IMG/VR virus record: IMGVR_UViG_3300030117_001886
Location: 16,251-80,250 of that record
DNA: 64,000 bases
Strand: one strand, 5' to 3'
Source of the DNA: a virus
How positions within the stretch are numbered: the stretch's first letter is position 1; each line of letters starts with the position of its first letter. A program made the position numbers and the translations under genes. Of this stretch, positions 26,763 to 37,628 are shown in pieces. The notes under the pieces are model-generated. The model was not told the DNA's origin. It saw only the letters and a list, made by a program, of their open reading frames with translations, and did no database searches.

Positions 26763-27841
26763 TGAACATAAATGAAATGCATATAGCGGTGAACCAGGGA
26801 GTGGACAAGATCCACTCTCTGCAAGCCGATGTATTATTAAGCGAGGAGATAGATCTAGAGCTTAATAAAAATATCATGAGATTTATAAACCAAAGGTTTA
26901 ATCCTATGGGTAATAAGTATCGTCAAGGTTTTGAGCAAAGTCAAAAAAGAATTGATGATCTTAGAACTCTTTTAACGGAATCAAACCTGACTGTAACTTT
27001 CAAAGAAAATTTACTTAATGGTAAAATATTTGTAGATGTAGCAGAATTACCAGATGATTATTTATATCTAATTAGACAAAGTTCTAAAGTAAATATAAAT
27101 AATTGTAAACCTATTAATTTTGGGTTTAGTGATGCTGGGGCAACAGTGTTTAATGCAACAATACCAGAATCTGCTTTTAATACTATTGCAGGTGATGGTA
27201 TTAACCTGTATGATTCTTTATTGTTTTTTTCTGACCCGGCTGTTAACTCTAGTATTAGTTTATATAGTGGTGCTGTTAATGATGAAAATCTTAGTGATTT
27301 TATTATGCATATTATTCCACAGAGTGTTACTGCAGGGTTTTCTATGGGAGGTATTGGTAATAATCTGTTAATAACAATTGATGGGTTTCCAGGATTTGTT
27401 GATGGACAAAGTCAAGTTCAATTAACTGTAAATGGTGTAACATCTGTATATGATTTTACAGCTAGTAGTGTAGGAACACATAGAATTCCTACAAGTGTTT
27501 TTACTAGAGAAATGCATCCTAACAAGTTTATACAACATGATGATATTTTCAAACTGTTAACAGACCCATTTAACAAAACAAAACATACAGCTCCTTTATC
27601 AACGATACAAGGAGATAATATAGAAATATATACTGATGATACATTTCTCATAGAGGAAGTAAAATTATTATATTTAAGGCAACCTGCAAAGGTTGATAAT
27701 ACTTCTACAGTTCCTGTAAACTGTGATCTTCCAGACCACACTCATCAGGAAATTGTAGATATGACTGTATCAACGATCTTAGGTAATATTTCAGATCCAA
27801 GATATAGTATCTCTGTAACAGAAAAAATGCAGAGCGAATAA
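26762..27841 (+). CDS. Head-tail connector/ring protein with inserted domain
   Basis: 'EEIDLELNK...GFEQSQKRIDDLRTL...YLRQP...CDLPDHTHQEIVDMTV'. Confidence 0.65.
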   Translation: MNINEMHIAVNQGVDKIHSLQADVLLSEEIDLELNKNIMRFINQRFNPMGNKYRQGFEQSQKRIDDLRTLLTESNLTVTFKENLLNGKIFVDVAELPDDYLYLIRQSSKVNINNCKPINFGFSDAGATVFNATIPESAFNTIAGDGINLYDSLLFFSDPAVNSSISLYSGAVNDENLSDFIMHIIPQSVTAGFSMGGIGNNLLITIDGFPGFVDGQSQVQLTVNGVTSVYDFTASSVGTHRIPTSVFTREMHPNKFIQHDDIFKLLTDPFNKTKHTAPLSTIQGDNIEIYTDDTFLIEEVKLLYLRQPAKVDNTSTVPVNCDLPDHTHQEIVDMTVSTILGNISDPRYSISVTEKMQSE

Positions 27842-27884
27842 TTATTTATTAACGTGATATTTATATCACACAAATTTTAGAAAA

Positions 27885-28904
27885 ATGAGCGGAATTTATA
27901 GAGCTACATTTGTAACAGAGGCTGACTTATCAGCAGATGGATCTGATTTTGATGGAATCGCATCAGGAGAGGTAGGAATTTTTAACGTAGATACAGGAGC
28001 TTATTTAAGTGCAAATGAAGCATTCTTGTCAACAGAGTTTGCAGATGACACTAGTGGCGCTGGAGCAACAGACCAACAGTTAGATACTAGAATCATACCT
28101 AGACGTTTTCAAATTGTACAAGGTCGTGATGTTGGTAACCCTTGGTGTTCACCAATCATCCAAAAAGAAGATGTATTGAGAATTGACTGTAGTCCAAAAT
28201 CATCTGCAGCAGCAGCTACATCATCAATTGATTTAAGTGGTGCTTCAATTGCAGTAGGCGAAACTTATTCAATTAAGTTTGTAATTACATCTATTGACTT
28301 TCACTATGAAAACTTTGTTAATCCAAATGATTCAAAGAATGTATCATATGTGGGACAAGTATTACAGTATGAGCGTACAGCTACTTCAGCAACATTAGAT
28401 ACTGAATTAGCTGCTATGGTAGTTGAGTTTAATGCTAAAGATGGCTTCCCATTCACAGCTGGTTATACTTCTGGTACTGATGTATTATTATTTACTTGTG
28501 ACAACGAGTTTGTTAGCTTTGAGGCTAAGTATGATTTTAGCAGTATTACTACAGCACCTACAGTAACTACAGTAACTGATACTAAGCATGTAGTAGGTTT
28601 TGGTGATGGTAGAATAGTTAGAGGTATGGAAAAACAAACACAAGCTTTGTTTGGATACCAAAACAGAATTTACTTACCACAAAGTCCAACATTATATTCA
28701 GTAGCATCTAATGACTACGATATGATCTCTCTTACTTTTGATCAAGGGAGAAAAGGACATGCTAATCCATGGTTATTCACAGGAGAAAATGTTGTAAACA
28801 TTGCTATTAAGGATGGTACTACACACACTGCCTTTGATAACGCATTTGGCGCTAACATTGACGGTGGAGCAGCTACTCTTTACTCTAAGTACGGAGCAGC
28901 ATAA
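27885..28904 (+). CDS. Structural protein, probable capsid auxiliary/decoration protein
   Basis: Beta-rich, biased codons, followed by a terminator. Confidence 0.5.
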   Translation: MSGIYRATFVTEADLSADGSDFDGIASGEVGIFNVDTGAYLSANEAFLSTEFADDTSGAGATDQQLDTRIIPRRFQIVQGRDVGNPWCSPIIQKEDVLRIDCSPKSSAAAATSSIDLSGASIAVGETYSIKFVITSIDFHYENFVNPNDSKNVSYVGQVLQYERTATSATLDTELAAMVVEFNAKDGFPFTAGYTSGTDVLLFTCDNEFVSFEAKYDFSSITTAPTVTTVTDTKHVVGFGDGRIVRGMEKQTQALFGYQNRIYLPQSPTLYSVASNDYDMISLTFDQGRKGHANPWLFTGENVVNIAIKDGTTHTAFDNAFGANIDGGAATLYSKYGAA

Positions 28905-28916
28905 TCATTAACTTTA

Positions 28917-28950
28917 TTCATCCCCTGAAATATGGGGATGAATTTTTTTT
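28917..28950 (+). terminator. Rho-independent terminator
   Basis: TTCATCCCC-TGAAATAT-GGGGATGAA-TTTTTTTT. Confidence 0.85.
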
Positions 28951-28959
28951 ATTTAAAAC

Positions 28960-29469
28960 ATGTCACAAAATAATATTTCAGTAACAATAAGTAAAGACTG
29001 TGAGGTTATTACATTAAAAGTTTTACCTATAGATCCAGGAGGAGGAGTTTTAACTTTAACAGGAGCTCACAATGGAGCTGCTTTAAATTTTACACCAAAT
29101 ACTTTTCCAAATCCTATAGCAGGACAAATGATAAGTTTAACATTTACTGCAGATCAATTGAATAGTGCAGGCTCAGAGCTTTCAGGTATATATATATTTA
29201 CAGCTCACCAAGGAACTTTTAAAGTTTCAGGAGGTGTAGTAGCAGCTTGTAGTTTACAGTGTTGTATTGCTAATGAAATAAATGAATACATGGCATGTCC
29301 TTGTGATCCAACAAAATCTCCTAAACTAGAAAAAGCTACAAAAGTATTTTTATTAGCAGAGGGAGCTCAAGCTGATTTATCAGCTACTATACCAAACCCA
29401 GATAATGCGATAGCAAAATTTAATAAAGCAGTATCACTGTGTAATTCATCTTGCGGCTGTGGCTGCTAA
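28960..29469 (+). CDS. Tail hub/structural protein (Cys-rich C-terminus)
   Basis: Ends ...LCNSSCGCGC; in the tail gene block. Confidence 0.5.
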   Translation: MSQNNISVTISKDCEVITLKVLPIDPGGGVLTLTGAHNGAALNFTPNTFPNPIAGQMISLTFTADQLNSAGSELSGIYIFTAHQGTFKVSGGVVAACSLQCCIANEINEYMACPCDPTKSPKLEKATKVFLLAEGAQADLSATIPNPDNAIAKFNKAVSLCNSSCGCGC

Positions 29470-29480
29470 AATAAAAGCAT

Positions 29481-32400
29481 ATGCCTAAGTATTCTATATC
29501 TGCTTCTATAATATCTCCAAGAAAACAAGCTGCAACTTTAATAATGGGTGTAGGGGGTGGAGATTATTACTTTCCTGCTACCATTTATGGAACTAGTGAT
29601 TTTGGTGTAATAATTTCTGACTTACTAGTAATTGATGATTTAGGTACACCTACATCACCACCTACTGATCAAGCGCTTTCATCAATAGATGCGGTAAAGA
29701 TTGAAGGAAATAACTATTCTAGTGGTGGTTTTCTAACCAGTACTTCAGGACAGTGGCAAGCAGAAGTTTATCAAGTTCCTCAAAATGCAGCTTCAGGTTC
29801 CGGAGGTTCAAGAGTTCTCCTAAAAGGAGCCATGTTTGACGCCTGTTGGGATGCAAACCAAGCAGGAACAGGATCTTCTACAGGGTTTGAGCCTATAAGA
29901 ATAGAAATACAATGGTCCATACCAGATCCAACAGATCCAACCCAATTTCTTCAAGCTCCTAATAATATACAACTATTTCATCCAGGAGGTGCTATTTATC
30001 CAGGACCTATTGTTGGTCAAATTGTAGGTTGTGGTGGTTTTAGAGATCCTGTTTCAAACCAATTAGTGGATGCAAATTATGCACTAGATCTTAAAGAGTT
30101 AGGTACTAATGCAGCAGAATATTCAGACCCAGGTAATGGTGTTGATGTTTATGCAATGGATATACCTAATGTAGCATACTTTACGGATGGTACTATAGGG
30201 GATGTATTTGTACAAGAGTTCGGAGCTATTGCTCCTAATCAATATAATGGTCAGGGAAATAGTATAAAGATAGGAGATTTTACTATGAGTGGGAATGGGT
30301 ATGATACACATTTTCTAGTATCAGATCCAGATAATCCTAATACTAGTATCTTAGGTGTTTCTCAAACTCCAGGAGGAACTAATCTTCAAGATTTTTTAAA
30401 GAGACCTTTGAGTACTGACGAGTGGGGAATTTTTGTTATTAATGATATAGGAAACTCTCAATTAGGTGGTGGCACAAGTCCTGCAAAAATAACAACTGCA
30501 AATGACTGGAATAATGCTGCAGAATGGTGTTCTATGTCATACTTCTCAGTTAGTGACTTTTGTCAGTTTCAGGTAACTAATCAATATATTCCAGGATGTA
30601 CAGATCCTCTAGCATGTAATTATGACGCAGCTGCTGAAATAAATGATGGTACATGTACATACGATAATTATTGTGTGATTGCTGGTTCAGATAATAATGA
30701 TACTTCAAATCCTACATATTTTACAATAGACGCAACTACTGGAACTATTACAATGGATCGACAAGATCTTATTATAGATTTTGGTAATGATCAGACTGTA
30801 AATTCATGTGGCCAAACTTTTTCACCTGCTACAAATCCATTTGGTTCAGATTTTGCAGATGGAAATAGTTCTACTACAAGTATTGATAGAATATCATTTG
30901 CCATGGATATTAATGATGGTAATGGTATGCAGATTATTGATGAGCATATAGGTTTTAATGGTGGTGGAACCCCTGTCGTCTCTGATGCACTTCGACCTGA
31001 TTTTGTGGGAGCGGATAACGATGGAGATGGAGTGCCAGATAGCGCAAGCTCTCTTGGTGCTTTCACAAATTTAGGGCAGGTATTACCAGCAGGACAAACA
31101 ATCACTTGTAAGTTTATAGTTTTTGGTAATGGTGAATATCCTGGAGGGTGTTCAGTTCAAAGTACAACATATTCTATAACTACTCCAAATATTTCAATAG
31201 TAGGATGTACAGATTCTACAGCATATAATTACAATGCAAATGCTACTGTAGATGATGGAACATGTAGTATTTGTAACAGTGGTGCTGATTTTGCTCCCAA
31301 CTTAAACATAGATAATCAAGCTGCACCAGCTTCACAATCAGGAGCTGCTGATGGTGCTACAACTTTTAACATAAATGCAGTAGGTAGCGCATTTGCGGGG
31401 GGAGTTCAGACTGGTAATTTAATAGCAATTTTTGCTGGAAATCTAAGCGAAGCAGATATTGTAGCACATGCTCAAGGAACAAACTCTAGTATAGCGCCAA
31501 TCATGTCTCAGTCTTGGGTAGGTAATCAACAAAATCCAGGTAGTCCCTCAGTAACATTTATAGGGTTAACGGGTAATGTTACATATAATTACTTAGTATA
31601 TAATCCTAGCCTTATAGTAAATGATCCTGCAAATAATTTAAATGGTAACTGTTACAACTTTGGGTTTTTTACACAAAGCTATTATGCTTGTACAAATCCT
31701 AGTAATGATCCTTATATTACAAATGGTGTACCCGCTACTAGTTTAACTGTAGATGATCCTTCTTTATGTACTTTAGTTTCGACATGTGCAGCACTAAACC
31801 AAACTTTAGGTGCAAGCTATCAGGTTCTATCTACTAATCCATGTGATCCTCCTCTCATAAGTATAACATATAGTAATGCTGTATTCTATAATGGTAGTAT
31901 GTTAACTAGTATGCTTATTCAGGAGCCTACTGGGTCATCACACGACTTAACGGCGCAACTTCAAGCAGGATCTAGTACCCTTAATTATAATTTAAATGCT
32001 AGTGATATTCCAGGAGATTATATAATTAGTATGGAAACCCAACTTCCTGGTTCATTAACTCTATGCTTGTTAGAAGAAACGGTAAATGTTCCTCAATCAG
32101 CATTTGAAGTTTGTGGGTGTACAGATCAGGGGGCAGATAACTATAATCCTAATTCTACTCAAGATGATGGATCATGTGAATATTCTGGGTGTACAGATCC
32201 AACAGCAACAAACTTTAATCCACAAGCAACAATTGATAACGGAACATGTATATTCCCAGTATTTGGATGTACTGATCCAAATGCTACCAATTACAATCCA
32301 GCCGCAGATACAGATGACGGTTCGTGTAATTATATTTTAATAGAAGTAGGATGTACCGATCCCCAGGCATCAAACTTTTCTCCAACTGCCACTCAAGATA

Positions 32401-33086
32401 GTGGTAACTGTATATATCCTGGATGTACTGATCTTAATGCAGCAAATCCTACATATTATACTGATCCAAATGATCCTAGTCAACAAATTTTAGCAAATCA
32501 AAGTGATGGATCATGTATATATACTATAATTGATATACCAGGATGTACTGATGTTGCTGCTGATAATTACAGTATAGCGGCAACTGTAGATGATGGTTCT
32601 TGTACATATGGAGGAAACAATGGTACGACAGGGCCAACAGGTCCAACAACAGCAATAACAGCTTTAGCAGATGGTCCTGCAGGGTATGGTGCTTTTTTAC
32701 ATCATATGACTGATTGTCTTTCTAAAGCATTAACAAGGTATCATAATAAAATGATTGCAGGTGTTACCTGTGATGATGATACTCTTGTGCACCTCGCATT
32801 AGCTAGTAAACTTCTAAAAAACATGCAAATAGATTGTTTATTTGATGTTGAAAGTGATGTAGCTATGGGAAAATTAAATAATTTGATTAAATTTGTACTT
32901 TCGTATTGTGATGATTGTGAGTATGATTTAGCTGAGAGCGGTGCAATAGTAGCATTTGAAGAAGATCAAATTATAGACCTAGACACAGAGTCTATATTAA
33001 TAGATACGAATAATAATGGTGTAAATACCGCAAATCAAAGTAGTTTTATATTTGATAACGGAACAACCAACATAACAATTTTATAA
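29481..33086 (+). CDS. Large tail/fibre-associated protein with GCTDxxAxNYxxxAxxDDGSC repeats
   Basis: 1201 aa, about 8 Cys-bracketed repeats, no signal peptide. Confidence 0.6.
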   Translation: MPKYSISASIISPRKQAATLIMGVGGGDYYFPATIYGTSDFGVIISDLLVIDDLGTPTSPPTDQALSSIDAVKIEGNNYSSGGFLTSTSGQWQAEVYQVPQNAASGSGGSRVLLKGAMFDACWDANQAGTGSSTGFEPIRIEIQWSIPDPTDPTQFLQAPNNIQLFHPGGAIYPGPIVGQIVGCGGFRDPVSNQLVDANYALDLKELGTNAAEYSDPGNGVDVYAMDIPNVAYFTDGTIGDVFVQEFGAIAPNQYNGQGNSIKIGDFTMSGNGYDTHFLVSDPDNPNTSILGVSQTPGGTNLQDFLKRPLSTDEWGIFVINDIGNSQLGGGTSPAKITTANDWNNAAEWCSMSYFSVSDFCQFQVTNQYIPGCTDPLACNYDAAAEINDGTCTYDNYCVIAGSDNNDTSNPTYFTIDATTGTITMDRQDLIIDFGNDQTVNSCGQTFSPATNPFGSDFADGNSSTTSIDRISFAMDINDGNGMQIIDEHIGFNGGGTPVVSDALRPDFVGADNDGDGVPDSASSLGAFTNLGQVLPAGQTITCKFIVFGNGEYPGGCSVQSTTYSITTPNISIVGCTDSTAYNYNANATVDDGTCSICNSGADFAPNLNIDNQAAPASQSGAADGATTFNINAVGSAFAGGVQTGNLIAIFAGNLSEADIVAHAQGTNSSIAPIMSQSWVGNQQNPGSPSVTFIGLTGNVTYNYLVYNPSLIVNDPANNLNGNCYNFGFFTQSYYACTNPSNDPYITNGVPATSLTVDDPSLCTLVSTCAALNQTLGASYQVLSTNPCDPPLISITYSNAVFYNGSMLTSMLIQEPTGSSHDLTAQLQAGSSTLNYNLNASDIPGDYIISMETQLPGSLTLCLLEETVNVPQSAFEVCGCTDQGADNYNPNSTQDDGSCEYSGCTDPTATNFNPQATIDNGTCIFPVFGCTDPNATNYNPAADTDDGSCNYILIEVGCTDPQASNFSPTATQDSGNCIYPGCTDLNAANPTYYTDPNDPSQQILANQSDGSCIYTIIDIPGCTDVAADNYSIAATVDDGSCTYGGNNGTTGPTGPTTAITALADGPAGYGAFLHHMTDCLSKALTRYHNKMIAGVTCDDDTLVHLALASKLLKNMQIDCLFDVESDVAMGKLNNLIKFVLSYCDDCEYDLAESGAIVAFEEDQIIDLDTESILIDTNNNGVNTANQSSFIFDNGTTNITIL
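32115..32603 (+). repeat. Tandem GCTD...DDGSC peptide repeats
   Basis: Six consecutive copies, plus two further upstream in the same ORF. Confidence 0.85.
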
Positions 33087-33087
33087 A

Positions 33088-34758
33088 ATGGCAAAAGTAG
33101 AAAGCTTCCCAGTAATAACCCCAACTAGTATTACCACAGATCATATGATGTATGTGGTTAATCAAACTTTAGATACTGACCACAAACTGCAAGTAAAAGG
33201 ACTTCTTCCTGTTATTGCAGATGTTGGTAGTGCGGGGCAGGCAATACATAATAATTTAACAAACGCAGTGCAGTTTAATTTAAGAAAACTTGCAAGCGCT
33301 GATTCAAAACTAACTGTTACAACACACTCTGATGGTCATTTGTTGTTGACTGTAGTAGAAGCACAGATTAATTTAGCTAACTGTAATAACAGTTCTGGAT
33401 TTTTAACTACAGTAAACTTAGCATCTAATGTGGGGTCAACTATACTACCTGTTGCAAACGGGGGTACAGGAGCGTCAACTCTTACTGCTAATGGAGCGTT
33501 GATTGGTAATGGAACGGGGGCAGTTACAGCTGTAGATATGTCTACTAAAGGGCATTTACTAGTTGGAGATGGATCAGGAAACCCTCAAACTTTAGCTGTT
33601 GGAACAGATGGATATATTTTAAAAGCTGATTCTGGAGCAGCAACAGGTTTATCATATTTACAAACCTTACCAGTTGCTAATGGTGGTACTGGTGCTACTT
33701 CTCTTACAGCAAACGGAGTGCTTATAGGAAATGGTACTGGAGCGGTAACTACTGTAGATCTATCAACTAAAGGTACTCTACTTGTTGGTGATGGTAGTGG
33801 TAATCCTCAAGGACTAGCTGTAGGTGCAAATGGATATTGGTTAGTTGCAGACACTAGTGCAGCTACTGGACTTTCTTATGCTGAAAGGGCATTAGTTAAT
33901 TTAACTGAATTTAGAATGCCATCATCAACATTTCTAGACATGAACCAGAATAATATTGATATGGGTACTGGGTGGATAAATGGTGATGGAAGTAGTAATG
34001 AGGGTCTTAATTTCGATACTACTGGTAAAGCATTCTTTGGACAATCGAGTGCTACAGCATATTTTACTAGCACTCTTAACTTAGATAGTGGTGGTATTAA
34101 TATGAACGGTAATAGTACTATTGGTATGACTTCTGCTGCTACAGGAACTACATTAACTATCAACTCAGGTGCGGGTAGTAGTGGTAATGGAGGTATTCTA
34201 ACTTTAGAAGCTGGATCAAGTAGTGGTGGTAATGGTGATGGTGGAGATTTAATACTTACCGCAGGAGATAAGAATGGTTCTGGAGATGAAGGAGATGTTT
34301 TAGTAAAAACTTATATAAGTGGATCTGCAGCAACAGCTCTTACAATAAATGGAACAAATAGACATGTAACTGTAGAACAGGCTAATTTAGTAATGGCTAA
34401 TGGAGCGGCAAGTTTAACATTTACAGGATCTACTAATGTTACTCAAGCTACAAATCATAGTACTGCAGTAACAAATAACTCGGCTGTAGGTGTAATTACA
34501 TTGGCAGGTGTAGCATTAGCAAGTGGAGCAGAGGCTACCTTTACAGTAAACAACTCAGTTTGTAAAACTGATTCAATAATATTGGTAACTGTAGAAAGCC
34601 CTGCTATAGCAAGTAGTACAGATGATTCTGTAATAATAGCACAAACAGGATCAATAGGTGCAGGATCATTTAGAATAGCATTAAAAAATGTTGGTGATGC
34701 TGATACAGATACAAATGCAAGAAAAATACATTACATGGTAATGAATAAAACTTTATAA
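33088..34758 (+). CDS. Tail fibre protein
   Basis: Gly/Thr-rich, with 'LPVANGGTGA' repeats. Confidence 0.75.
   Translation: MAKVESFPVITPTSITTDHMMYVVNQTLDTDHKLQVKGLLPVIADVGSAGQAIHNNLTNAVQFNLRKLASADSKLTVTTHSDGHLLLTVVEAQINLANCNNSSGFLTTVNLASNVGSTILPVANGGTGASTLTANGALIGNGTGAVTAVDMSTKGHLLVGDGSGNPQTLAVGTDGYILKADSGAATGLSYLQTLPVANGGTGATSLTANGVLIGNGTGAVTTVDLSTKGTLLVGDGSGNPQGLAVGANGYWLVADTSAATGLSYAERALVNLTEFRMPSSTFLDMNQNNIDMGTGWINGDGSSNEGLNFDTTGKAFFGQSSATAYFTSTLNLDSGGINMNGNSTIGMTSAATGTTLTINSGAGSSGNGGILTLEAGSSSGGNGDGGDLILTAGDKNGSGDEGDVLVKTYISGSAATALTINGTNRHVTVEQANLVMANGAASLTFTGSTNVTQATNHSTAVTNNSAVGVITLAGVALASGAEATFTVNNSVCKTDSIILVTVESPAIASSTDDSVIIAQTGSIGAGSFRIALKNVGDADTDTNARKIHYMVMNKTL
33445..33879 (+). 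repeat. Tandem duplication of a 74-codon fibre module
   Basis: LPVANGGTGA...AATGLSY occurs twice with a 222-nt period. Confidence 0.85.
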
Positions 34759-34779
34759 TAATTTTAAATAAAAACCGAT

Positions 34780-35196
34780 ATGACTAAAATTAAAGCAACT
34801 AACAAAGATTTGTTAGATTTATTACACAGCTTATACGCTGTACAGGATTTGAAAGGATTGCAATTTGCAATAGGAGTAAGTAAAAACATTGATAGACTAA
34901 AAGCAGATCTAGAATATGTTAATGAAGCTTCTATTCCTACGGATGATTTTCAAAAACTAATAACTGAAGTTCAAATGATTGAAAACTCAAACCCTTCAGA
35001 GGAGGCGGGAAAATTAATTGCAGAACTAGAAGATAAAAACCAGAAACTAATAGACGAAAGAAAATCGCAACTAAAAGAGTTAGATGAGCTTTTAAAAGAA
35101 GAGGCAGAGATTGAATTGGTTCAAATACCAGAAAAAGCTTTACCTTCTGATATTTCAGCCAAACAGCTCGGAGGAATAATGAAACTAATTAAATAA
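34780..35196 (+). CDS. Probable tail fibre assembly chaperone
   Basis: Helical protein after the fibre gene; 'ELDELLKEEAEIELVQI...ISAKQL'. Confidence 0.5.
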   Translation: MTKIKATNKDLLDLLHSLYAVQDLKGLQFAIGVSKNIDRLKADLEYVNEASIPTDDFQKLITEVQMIENSNPSEEAGKLIAELEDKNQKLIDERKSQLKELDELLKEEAEIELVQIPEKALPSDISAKQLGGIMKLIK

Positions 35197-35208
35197 TTAA
35201 ATAATACT

Positions 35209-35604
35209 ATGGCAACATTAAGCAAAAAAATAACATTAACAGTTGCATCAGGAGCTTTAACAAGTGGTAGCATAAATATATCAGAAGGTAAAAATCTTAC
35301 GGTATCTAATTATAAAGCTGGTGTTATTGCAGTAACTGGCACTAGTAAAGCTGGTACAAATGAAATTGTATATGAAGCAAATGATTTTACAGCTCCTGCA
35401 TATTTGTATTTAAAAAATACAGATACTACAGCTACAGATTATATTTACATATATGATGATACTTCTTCAGGAGATCCTGGAGTACTAAAGCTAGCGGGTG
35501 GAGACTTTGCGTTTTTACCATTAATTGCAGATAACACTTTAAGAACATATGCAACTACGGCTAATACTGTATTAGAATATGCGTTATTTGGAACTGATCA
35601 ATAA
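35209..35604 (+). CDS. Small beta-rich structural protein
   Basis: 'YLYLKNTD...KLAGGDFAFLP...LEYALF'. Confidence 0.55.
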   Translation: MATLSKKITLTVASGALTSGSINISEGKNLTVSNYKAGVIAVTGTSKAGTNEIVYEANDFTAPAYLYLKNTDTTATDYIYIYDDTSSGDPGVLKLAGGDFAFLPLIADNTLRTYATTANTVLEYALFGTDQ

Positions 35605-35621
35605 TATTAAAATAAATTAAA

Positions 35622-35966
35622 ATGGATATTCGTAATACTACAGAAAAGCTAATAGATAAAACTAACAGAAATTTGGAACACCAGTTAGGTGACGTGGTTG
35701 TTGTACATATTAATGATACAGTGCAACATGCTGGTCCGTTTTTTGCACTAACAGCGCTTGAGGCAGCTGTTGTTGATGTTAGTGAATGTACAACAAACAT
35801 TATAGAAAACGGTGGCAGTGGAAACATTCAAAACATAGCTACTAATTTTACAATTCCTATAGGTGTAACTATTTATGGAAACTTTAGAAGTATAGAGTTA
35901 GATAGTGGAGTTGTATTAGCTTATGCTAAGGCCGGAAGAACTAATGTAGAAGTTGATGCATCATAA
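35622..35966 (+). CDS. Small structural protein
   Basis: 'IPIGVTIYGNFRSIELDSGVVLAY'. Confidence 0.55.
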   Translation: MDIRNTTEKLIDKTNRNLEHQLGDVVVVHINDTVQHAGPFFALTALEAAVVDVSECTTNIIENGGSGNIQNIATNFTIPIGVTIYGNFRSIELDSGVVLAYAKAGRTNVEVDAS

Positions 35967-36991
35967 TGAGATTATTAATTGTTGTTATACTTTTAACAGC
36001 TACTACTGCAAGTGCGCAGTTTAAAAAAGCTGTAAAGTTTTCTACATTTTATGTAGCGGCTAATGGCGGGACATCTCTGGCTGACCAGGATGTTTTTGCT
36101 GTTAATAATAGTTTGTTATCTAAAGATGTAGTAGAAACTCCGTATGACTATTCTCTTACTGCTGGTATTAGAAAGATACAAAGATTTCAATACGAAGGCA
36201 GTACGCCATTCAAAGATGGTACAGAGTCAGCATACGGGGATGAAGCAACAGTTGGTAGAAATGCATTTGAATATCTGTTTGAAATAGACTATAGAAGACA
36301 AGAAGGTGTAGAATATATTGATCAAAATCATTTTTTACGATATGTTAGAGACAGGTGGCTTGCTAAGGTTGCCTATGTAAAAGATGGTTTTGCTGATATA
36401 GAATATTACCAGGCTTCTCAAAGAATTAGAATAAATGGTAAAAAGAAACTTTCTTTTAATGTAGGAGCATTACAAAGGCTTGCTGAGCCTTATGGATATA
36501 ATCCATTAGAAGAATGGGTGTTACAAACAGGGCATATACACTATACACAGCTTGCAATAGAAGAGGGGTATAGTGTAGATGTATATAACAACGAATATAA
36601 AGACCCTAGTGGTAATGTAGTAGCTACAAGCGCTGATGTTTGGAATCAAGTTATAATACCTGAGGTTATCTCTAACTATGTAGAAAAGAAGAAAAATGAG
36701 TTGCCTAATGTTACACAACATTCTTTAGTAGTAGGATTTGACTTCTACTATTATAAAAAAGATTTTTGGGTACATAGTTGGGGTAACTTTTTACCATACC
36801 ATTATGATCAAGGAGATCAGTATTCTTACCACAATTTTGTAGGAGGACAGTGGTACGACTACTCAGGTGGATTAATATTTGGTCATAAGATTACAAAGAA
36901 AATTGGATATTTTATAGAAGGTAAATATAATAAATATTGGAACAGAGAATGGTACGACTTTAAATTTGGAATAAACTATATAATACTATAA
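35966..36991 (+). CDS. Secreted, probable outer-membrane beta-barrel protein
   Basis: Signal peptide ...TASA|QF; aromatic amphipathic strands; C-terminal 'YDFKFGINYIIL'. Confidence 0.6.
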   Translation: MRLLIVVILLTATTASAQFKKAVKFSTFYVAANGGTSLADQDVFAVNNSLLSKDVVETPYDYSLTAGIRKIQRFQYEGSTPFKDGTESAYGDEATVGRNAFEYLFEIDYRRQEGVEYIDQNHFLRYVRDRWLAKVAYVKDGFADIEYYQASQRIRINGKKKLSFNVGALQRLAEPYGYNPLEEWVLQTGHIHYTQLAIEEGYSVDVYNNEYKDPSGNVVATSADVWNQVIIPEVISNYVEKKKNELPNVTQHSLVVGFDFYYYKKDFWVHSWGNFLPYHYDQGDQYSYHNFVGGQWYDYSGGLIFGHKITKKIGYFIEGKYNKYWNREWYDFKFGINYIIL

Positions 36992-36993
36992 TA

Positions 36994-37269
36994 ATGGCAA
37001 AAGAATTAAACGAAGATACTAGTTTTAAAATAAGCATAAAAACATTAGCTGGCATAGCTGCTCTTATTTTTACACTAGTAGGTATGTGGTTTACACTACA
37101 AGCTGACATATCAGAAGCAAAAGAACTTCCAAAGCCTGAGGTATCAAAAATGGAATTTGATATGAAGGATATAAACATTCGTAATACAATAATAGAAACA
37201 CGTGATGATGTTAAAAAATTAGAAGAGCGAATGATTAGAATGGAAGATAAGATTGATGAATTAAGATAA
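36994..37269 (+). CDS. Single-TM coiled-coil membrane protein
   Basis: TM 'LAGIAALIFTLVGMWF' followed by a heptad C-terminus. Confidence 0.6.
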   Translation: MAKELNEDTSFKISIKTLAGIAALIFTLVGMWFTLQADISEAKELPKPEVSKMEFDMKDINIRNTIIETRDDVKKLEERMIRMEDKIDELR

Positions 37270-37626
37270 ATGAAAAAACTAAATTTAATATGGAAAACAT
37301 TTGCGACATACTTGCTAGTATTGCCATTATTGCTGGTTTGTGTTACGTGCTCAGCTCAGGTGACCGCGATGCAGTTTAACGCTAGTTGGAATGAACAAAA
37401 TAACGTAGAGTGGTTTAAAAAACTAGGAGACTGTGATAAAGAATCACATATGATAGACAACAATGATTTACAAAAGAAATATCAAATAGCTGTAGTACCA
37501 ACTATTATAATATTTGATGATGGCGAAGAAGTAAAAAGATTTCAAGCAGATCTTAGTTTTGCCATGCAAGCAACAAGAAAAGAGGTACAAGACTACATTG
37601 ATGAACTAATAATGAGTAAGTTTTAA
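37270..37626 (+). CDS. Exported thioredoxin-fold protein lacking CxxC
   Basis: Signal ...CSA|QV; 'QFNASWN' in place of FxAxWCxxC; 'KYQIAVVPTIIIFDDGEEVKRF'. Confidence 0.7.
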   Translation: MKKLNLIWKTFATYLLVLPLLLVCVTCSAQVTAMQFNASWNEQNNVEWFKKLGDCDKESHMIDNNDLQKKYQIAVVPTIIIFDDGEEVKRFQADLSFAMQATRKEVQDYIDELIMSKF

Positions 37627-37628
37627 TT

